DNA of 63,483 bases, the filler included, from Klebsormidium nitens (taxonomy: Eukaryota; Plantae; Klebsormidiophyceae), in assembly GCA_000708835.1 (NCBI GenBank). It is 4 parts of 4 records of this genome, joined end to end, with 100 filler letters (N's around TTAATTAATTAA, not from the genome) between each part and the next. Parts side by side here need not be neighbours in the genome. Positions count along the whole stretch, not along the records: positions 39,601 to 59,811 come from DF237651.1; positions 59,912 to 63,483 come from DF238035.1; 2 more parts are not named here. The stretch is one strand, 5' to 3'. Shown here piece by piece: positions 55,905-63,483 of this stretch; positions within the stretch are counted from its first letter, which is position 1, and each line of letters opens with the position of its first letter. The notes below the pieces were generated by a model. It was not told the origin of the DNA. It saw only the letters and a program-made list of their open reading frames with translations, and searched no databases. The position numbers were made by a program, and so were the translations under genes.

Positions 55905-58399
55905 TCAATTGTACATACGGAGGACGTATTCTGGGAGACTGGAGGACTGTAGCCACGGGGCCAGTAGTTCTTGTGTACAAGCGACTCTCTCATTCTCTGG
56001 CACGAACGGTAATATGCTATCGAGCTGCTCCAACAGTCCAGAGGAGGGCGCAAGAAGCCGCAACTTTTTCAGAGGGTTCCTGAACTCCTCCGGAGTCCCT
56101 TCCAGACGGAGCCGTTTCTCCACTGCCACAGGGCTCTGCAGTAGCAGCTGTGCTTGCTTCCAGTAAGCTTCCGTTGGACTCAAACCTTCCCAAATAGTGA
56201 TGAACCCGTCTCGCAAATGGAGTAGGTTGTGCTTCTCCCCGTCGCACAGGTCATAGATGAGAGGAAACGAATTCACTGCCAAAGAAGCAAGATAGCAAAC
56301 CAAGGCTTGTCCTCTGTGTGATCCATATTGGACGGGTCCAGAAGATCCTGCCGACTTGCCACTCTGCAAGAACAAAAATTATCATTTGCGCTCAATCAGT
56401 ACTGCAGCTAAATGCCCAATGCGGAACTCAATTCCACAAAGGTGTATGACTCTGCGTGTTATCCAGTAATTTGTGCATGAGTACTACAACAACGTGCCGA
56501 TTGGTTCATACAACAATCCATGCACATTTGTCGTGCAAACATTGAGAACAACTTACCGCTCCTGCGGAGGTCGAGATACGCTCTCTGTAACGCTGCCTCT
56601 GGTCTTCGGTCTGCTTATGCTCGAAGAGCACTCTGCATTGTCTAGCAGCAGACTCAGCGTACAGACCAAATGGCGCCAGAAGTCCATCTGCAGTGCCTGT
56701 GAACTGGGCTTCATCTGGAGCAGTGATGGCGTAGAGTGTCCGATTTGTATGAATGTCATATATCTGGAAAGCCCCCCGTCCAAAAGGCACCCCATACTTC
56801 TGAAGCTGTCGCTGATGGTGTTCGAGTAGAGCAGGAGTACCAGCGTCTTCGTTGGGGTAAAGGGAGTAATCAAAACTTTCTGCTTCCGGCGTATCTTTCT
56901 GAGGGCGGGACGACTGGATCCTCAGAGTTCCCAGATTCTTCAGCAAAATCCAGTTGGGCCAGGAGCTTCTGAGCTTCCACGGAACCGACCTTGGAGAAAC
57001 TCTTTGGTTTTCTCTCCTCCTGCTTTCGCATCTCTTCAAGCAGCGTCTGCAAGCCTGCTTGGAACTGGTCCACCGTAAGGACCCCACTCATATCAGCCCC
57101 ACCTGCAGCTGCAGAAAGCAGAGCAAGTAATGTATGTAAGCAAGTTCCCCGTAACGCAATTGTTGATTTATTACCATTTTCGCCCAAACTGTCGCCCCTG
57201 TTATGTAATGGGGGTCACAAGAAAAGGCGATGAATAGCAATAATGCCGGAGTTAACTGGCTATCCCTCAGCCGCCCAGCGTCCTTGGTAGGCAGAAACTG
57301 ACCAGAGTAAANNNNNNNNNNNNNNNNNNNNNNNNNNNNNNNNNNNNNNNNNNNNNNNNNNNNNNNNNNNNNNNNNNNNNNNNNNNNNNNNNNNNNNNNN
57401 NNNNNNNNNNNNNNNNNNNNNNNNNNNNNNNNNNNNNNNNNNNNNNNNNNNNNNNNNNNNNNNNNNNNNNNNNNNNNNNNNNNNNNNNNNNNNNNNNNNN
57501 NNNNNNNNNNNNNNNNNNNNNNNNNNNNNNNNNNNNNNNNNNNNNNNNNNNNNNNNNNNNNNNNNNNNNNNNNNNNNNNNNNNNNNNNNNNNNNNNNNNN
57601 NNNNNNNNNNNNNNNNNNNNNNNNNNNNNNNNNNNNNNNNNNNNNNNNNNNNNNNNNNNNNNNNNNNNNNNNNNNNNNNNNNNNNNNNNNNNNNNNNNNN
57701 NNNNNNNNNNNNNNNNNNNNNNNNNNNNNNNNNNNNNNNNNNNNNNNNNNNNNNNNNNNNNNNNNNNNNNNNNNNNNNNNNNNNNNNNNNNNNNNNNNNN
57801 NNNNNNNNNNNNNNNNNNNNNNNNNNNNNNNNNNNNNNNNNNNNNNNNNNNNNNNNNNNNNNNNNNNNNNNNNNNNNNNNNNNNNNNNNNNNNNNNNNNN
57901 NNNNNNNNNNNNNNNNNNNNNNNNNNNNNNNNNNNNNNNNNNNNNNNNNNNNNNNNNNNNNNNNNNNNNNNNNNNNNNNNNNNNNNNNNNNNNNNNNNNN
58001 NNNNNNNNNNNNNNNNNNNNNNNNNNNNNNNNNCTGTAATAATGTTATAGTTTGCGCAGAACAAGATAATGTTCAGTGCAATGTGCTGGACAGACTCGAA
58101 CTTTTTGAAGGATGTACCCTCGAACAGATAGATAAATTCATACTCCAAAGGTAAGGTCACAAACCTGCAGATTGCAGTCGGACCCTCTCGTCTAGCAGCT
58201 TGTTCTTCTCATCGCGCATTTTGTTCTCCGTCTCACGCAACTGCTGTAGCTCTATGGACCACCGTCGCACAGCTTCCAAATTGTTGATTCTCTCCGCACC
58301 CTCGACCTTTTCCTTTGCTTTTTGAATCTGCGGCGCTAGAAGCTGGATACATTCATTCACCTGAGCTATTTCCGAGTTGACTGCCTCCACGGAACCCAT
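55905..58399 (-). CDS. Crinkler-like / restriction-endonuclease-fold protein with coiled-coil N-terminus; 3 exons (58399-58165, 57108-56557, 56363-55905), 1-nt frameshift ~56886
   Basis: N-terminal VEAVNSEIAQV..W..ELQQLR..E; FTGTADG..CRVLFEHKQ; QALVCYLAS..FPLIYDLCDG; GT-AG sites with consistent phases; assembly gap in intron 1. Confidence 0.6.
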
Positions 58400-58972
58400 C
58401 TTGGATGGACGTTCTCACTTGCACAAGCGGCATCATAAGGAGGGAACCAGCGACGAAGATATGCTCAACACGCTACCACAAAAAGCATAACAGGACCAAC
58501 AGCACGGTATGGTGGTAATCTGACCGGAGAGTACCACACGAGGCGCTTCAAGTCCACTATTTATATAATAAAGTGGACAGCAACCCTAATGACATGTGGC
58601 ACACAGGCCACCAAAAACCCCTTATTATAAAGTGCCCCTGGGCTGCACAGAGCCCCTAGAAGCCGTTACCGATGGCGTCCGTGACCATTACCGTATAACA
58701 CAAAAACGGAACTTCTAGAAATTCCTACTCCAGAGAATATATCATCATCGGACGCTGGCGTCCGAGAATCCAGCTCCAGATCGCCACGTGAGACGTGGTG
58801 GTCACAGGCGTCCGAACTCCGAGAGCTTCTAGATCACCACGTTGCAAAGTCAGGCGTCTGGACCCAAAGGGCTATTATGATTTTTATCACAGCACTTGCA
58901 GAAATTTCGAAACCTTCAATGACCGTTACCGTCCTGAGTTCAGTTGCAAGAGTAGCTTGGTAGGACGAGATC

Positions 58973-59811
58973 ATGGCCGCCATGTCCGAGCCCGAAGGCG
59001 CCCAGCCATTCGACATGCTTATCAAGAGGTTGACCGACATGGAGGAGATCTCATTCCACCAGGAATGCAGACATACCGGGCGCCTGCAACACCCCATGTT
59101 TGGACCCAATATTAGCTACATTGCCAAGTTCACAGAGGGGCCATTCCTGGAGCAGGAGAGCTATTTGTACATAGACTTTGCTGCAGAAGGTATCGGTGCT
59201 CACAAGATGCTGACGGAGTGGAGAGAAGAGGGGAAGCACTCATTGGGAGGTTGTGTAGAAGATGAGTTCCGTCTGCGGGATAAGGAGGGGGTTCGGTATC
59301 TCAAAGAAGTTTGGAACATCCACACTTACGCCTACAAATTCACAGGGCAAGCTATCGAATATGAACTCGCATCCCAACTGACAAGAAGCGAAAGGTATTG
59401 CTTTAGGGTTGTCCAAATCAGGTCTCAGGATACCAGAGGGACGCTGGTAGTAGAAATGAAGGCAGGTCCAGAACCTTTCAGAGGGATGCAGCCTTTTCAT
59501 TTTTCCAAACTCGTTGCGGACTGCGAAAAGCTGCTCTGCGAGCTGCTGGGAGCGACGGGTGATATATCCCTTCAGGTCTACCCTATCACCTCATCCCTGG
59601 AGCACGCATTCGACGAGGTCATGTCCTGGCTTTGGGAGGAGGAGAAACCGAAAGAGCTGCTGGATGATTTCAAATCCATGTTCAAGGGCTTAGGAAATGC
59701 TAAGAGAGTAGATGAGATTCTGGAAGAGTTAGATACATTGGAGAAGGCCAGTCGCGAAGACTATATCAGTAATCCCAACTTGAGGATCTGCATCAATACA
59801 GTCTGTTCAGA
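58973..59811 (+). CDS. Hypothetical protein, intronless, truncated by gap
   Basis: Open frame of ~280 aa with natural composition; family not recognised. Confidence 0.7.
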
Positions 59812-59911
59812 NNNNNNNNNNNNNNNNNNNNNNNNNNNNNNNNNNNNNNNNNNNNTTAATTAATTAANNNNNNNNNNNNNNNNNNNNNNNNNNNNNNNNN
59901 NNNNNNNNNNN

Positions 59912-62900
59912 ACGGCGGGCGGCTCCATAACCGCTTCCAACGGCCTCACTGTGTCCGGAGGCACGGTGTCCCTTCCCGCGAGCTCCGTCGTCAACGCCGC
60001 CATCGCGTCCGGCCTCGACGCCACCAAGATCACGACGGGCACATTCGGAGTGGGCGCCTTCGGGGCATGCAACATCTCGACTACGGGCACGCTCGGGGCG
60101 GGCGCCTCTACCCTCGGCACGCTGTCCTGCACGACCATCACCACGAACAATAGCAATCTGACATTGGGATCGGGCGGAGTCACCAGCGGGCAGCTCAACC
60201 CCACGACCACCGCCACCTACGATCTGGGAGCGAGCGGGACGGCATGGAAAAATGCTTACCTGTCCGGAACCGTGTCGGCGGCGGGCGGGCTGAGCACGTC
60301 CAACGGCCTGGTGGTCGCTGGGGAGTCGATCAGGTCGTACACCACGAGCTTCGACTCGACCACGTCCAACGCGTGCCGAGACATCGCACAGTACGTCGGG
60401 TCGGTGGGGTCCGCGACATTCGTAATATCGGTGGTGCAGTCGGCGAGTTCCCAGACGAACACGACTGAGTATTCCTTCGCGGCCGGCTACAACATGACGA
60501 GCGGGGCGTGGCAGCGCTGCATGCCGCGGAGTGCGTACAACGGAAACGCGGACGCGTGCGAGCTTCAGATATGGTCTTCGGTCTACACGATCAAGTTTCG
60601 CCTAGTGCACTCCGGAGTGAGCCAACCGGCGACCCCCACCGTCACCATCCACGCGTTCTACAATCAGAGCGACGTGCCGACGATCACGAGCCTGACGGCG
60701 AACGCGCAATATACGGATGCAAGCTGGGCGACCTACGCGTACGCAACGTCTACGGTCCTGACGCAGACCGGTGGAAAGGTCGGTGTGGGCACGGCGGCCC
60801 CTTCAGCAAAATTCCACGTCTCCAACGGCTCCGCCCAGTTCGACAGCAACGTCACGGTCACCAGCGCGCTCAGCACCAGCAACTTCACCGCCACCGGAAC
60901 GGTGTCCCTGCCTACGAGCTGCGTGACGAACGCTAACATCTCGAGCGTCGACGCGTCGAAGATCACATCGGGCACATTCGGAGCGGGCGCCTTCGGGGCA
61001 TGCAACATCTCGACGACCGGGACCCTCGGGGCGGGCTCGTCCACTCTGGGAACCCTCTCGTGCACGACCGTCACCAGCGGCCAACACAATCCCACCACCG
61101 CCGCCACGTACGATCTGGGCGCGTCCGCAACCGCATGGAGGAGCGCCTATCTATCGAGCAATCTGACTGCGGGTGGCTCCATAACCGCGTCCAACGGCCT
61201 CACGGTGTCCTCGGGATCCGTATCCCTTCCGGCTGGGTCAGTCGGCAATGCCGCCCTCGCATCCGGCCTGAATGCCACCAAGATCACCACGGGCACGTTC
61301 GGAGTGGGTGATTTCGGGGGATGCAATATTTCGACGACGGGGACCCTCAATGCGGGCTATTCGACATTGGGTGATATTTCGTGTGGTAGCCTGTCCCTCT
61401 CGGGCACGACGTTGATCGACGCTTCGCTCTCGGCGTACAATTCCGGGCACGACATCGGCAAAGCCCAAGACATGTCCTCGGTGTTCACCCCAGATTCCTC
61501 GGACATGACCTGGAACGACGTACACATCACGGGCGGCGTCAATATCTACGCCTCTGACCCCGGGTATTTCCTATCACTCGACTACCTCAACAACGACACC
61601 TACGGCTTCGGGCAATGGAGCGGGGGTACCGCCAGGGCTGTGTTCTCGGGTTCCAACGCCAACGCGACTTTCAACATCTCCAAGCCGACCGGCGCATCGA
61701 CCTTCGACGACATGGTCACGGTGACCAGCAGCGGCAACATGGGGCTGGGGGTGTCGCCCTCCACGACCTACAAACTCGACGTAGCAGGCAGGATGCATGC
61801 GACCAGCGGGGCTCAATTCGACAGCAACGTGACCGTCTCCGGGACCTTATCCGCCACGACGTACTCGGGTCTACAGAGGAAGGTGTGGAACGCTTCCACG
61901 CTCGGCTTCGCGAACACGACGAACACCGTCAAGTACCACAAGATAGCAACGTTCGGGGGCACGAACGCCGGCAACACCGCGGGATCCGTCTACATAACGG
62001 GAACCATGGGCGGATACATAAGCAATCAGACGACGAAAGTCGAGATCGACATAGCCAACAGAGGCGGTATCACGATCACCGGATCGGCGTTCGGATATCC
62101 GAGTACGACCTCGACCATCACCGACCTCGTCCTTTACTGGGAAGGGAGCAGCCTCGCCACGTCTCCGTGGTCGCTCTACATAGTCAGCAAGGGGCAATCC
62201 CAGGTTTGGGACCTGAGTGTTTCCGCGTGTCAATTAGGAGTAGTTATATACGAACCGAGTACCACTTACGTGACCGATCCAACTAACGGCGGCGCCTACA
62301 CACAGGTATGCTCTTCGGTGATAGGTCGATTGAATCAAGTCACGGAACTTTCGTCGGGGACCGCGGTCACATCGTACAATAACTATTCGTATACGTACAG
62401 TGCCGGTTGGGCGAGTGCGGGGACTNNNNNNNNNNNNNNNNNNNNTTCGGGCAATGGAGCGGGGGTACCGCCAGGGCTGTGTTCTCGGGTTCCAACGCCA
62501 ACGCGACTTTCAACATCTCCAAGCCGACCGGCGCATCGACTTTCAACGACATGATCACGGTGACCAGCAGCGGCAACATGGGGCTGGGGGTGTCGCCCTC
62601 CACGACCTACAAACTCGACGTAGCAGGCAGGATGCATGCGACCAGCGGGGCTCAATTCGACAGCAACGTGACCGTCTCCGGGACCTTATCCGCCACGACG
62701 TACTCGGGTCTACAGAGGAAGGTGTGGAACGCTTCCACGCTCGGCTTCGCGAACACGACGAACACCGTCAAGTACCACAAGTTAGCAACGTTCGGGGGCA
62801 CGAACGCCGGCAACACCGCGGGATCCGTCTACATAACGGGAACCATGGGCGGATACTTAAGCAATCAGACGACGAAAGTCGCGATCGACATAGCCAACAG

Positions 62901-63483
62901 AGGCGGTATCACGATCACCGGATCGGCGTTCGGATATCCGAGTACGACCTCGACCATCACCGACCTCGTCCTCTACTGGGAAGGGAGCAGCCTCACTACG
63001 TCTCCGTGGTCGCTCTACATAGTCAGCAAGGGGCAATTCCAGGTTTGGGACCTGAGTGTTTCCGCGTGTCAATTAGGAGTAGTTATATACGAACCGAGTA
63101 CCACTTACGTGACCGATCCAACTAACGGCGGCGCCTACACACAGGTATGCTCTTCGGTGATAGGTCGATTGAATCAAGTCACGGAACTTTCGTCGGGGAC
63201 CGCGGTCACATCGTACAATAACTATTCGTATACGTACAGTTCCGGTTGGGCGAGTGCGGGGACTGCAAACAGCGGCACCATCCAATGCGGCACTTTGTCA
63301 TGCAGCACACTCTCTTCGAGCGGCGCGATAAGCGGAACCACTATCACCGCGAGCGGAGCCGTCGCCTGCGTTGGTCTCAACGTCACTTCGTCTTCGACCG
63401 CAACCATCAATACCATGACGTCAATTTTAGCCCCATCGTTGGCAACTGGGAATTACATGCTCAACGTCTTTGGAACCGGTCAA
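59912..63483 (+). CDS. Ser/Thr/Gly-rich virion fibre/adhesin-like repeat protein, partial at both ends
   Basis: Three copies of ..LDA[TS]KIT[TS]GTFG.G.FG.CNISTTGTL.AG.STLG; YDLGAS.TAW..AYL; GNMGLGVSPSTTYKLDVAG; frame stays open from 62446 to the window end. Confidence 0.75.
61607..63264 (+). repeat. 819-bp tandem duplication inside the fibre gene (61607-62425 and 62446-63264)
   Basis: 11 substitutions between copies, separated by a 20-N gap. Confidence 0.8.

Larger units (their letters stand above)
42334..63483. mobile_element. Giant-virus (NCLDV)-like endogenous segment, interrupted at ~55.9-58.6 kb; may begin near 39.6 kb
   Basis: Very short intergenic distances (0-190 bp), mostly intronless ORFs, DUF5755- and DUF5901-like genes, fibre-like protein; no core marker gene in the window. 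Confidence 0.75.

Noticed and set aside
58640-58659. GGGCT..AGCCC hairpin followed by CTAG as a possible Helitron 3' end
   Set aside because: Stem only 5 bp, wrong spacing, not followed by T, and no matching 5' end found.
61615-63125. Arg/His-rich ORFs 61615-62286 and 62400-63125
   Set aside because: Alternative-frame shadows of the fibre gene.

Overview
Eukaryotic nuclear scaffold with GT-AG introns and N gaps. It is probably a green/streptophyte alga such as Klebsormidium, inferred from gene content and intron style, not proven. (1) 1-39.5 kb is a transposon-rich zone. It holds a complete ~11.9-kb KDZ-type DNA transposon (695-12553; 76-bp TIRs, 7-bp TSD, 5-exon transposase, cargo genes), several MITEs, a decayed DIRS-type retrotransposon (RT, RNase H, Dam-like MTase) and a multi-exon beta-helix/EGF gene. 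(2) ~39.6-63.5 kb is a gene-dense segment resembling an endogenous giant virus (NCLDV): DUF5755-like, DUF5901/penton-like, SAM methyltransferase, F-box, two OTU proteases, HIT, UvrD/AddA-like helicase-nuclease, TEY MAP kinase and a fibre-like protein. It is interrupted by a host-type Crinkler/REase-like gene. No NCLDV core marker (MCP, PolB, A32, D5) lies in the window. The most striking observation is that spliceosomal introns in the virus-like segment are filled by whole genes. The helicase is split inside motif V by a 397-nt intron that is almost exactly an antisense membrane-protein gene. MAPK intron 2 (581 nt) contains an MBD-like ORF with its own CG-motif array. Both donors read AAG|GTGAGCTA. 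Family names come from recalled motifs and need HMM confirmation; all splice models are manual predictions.
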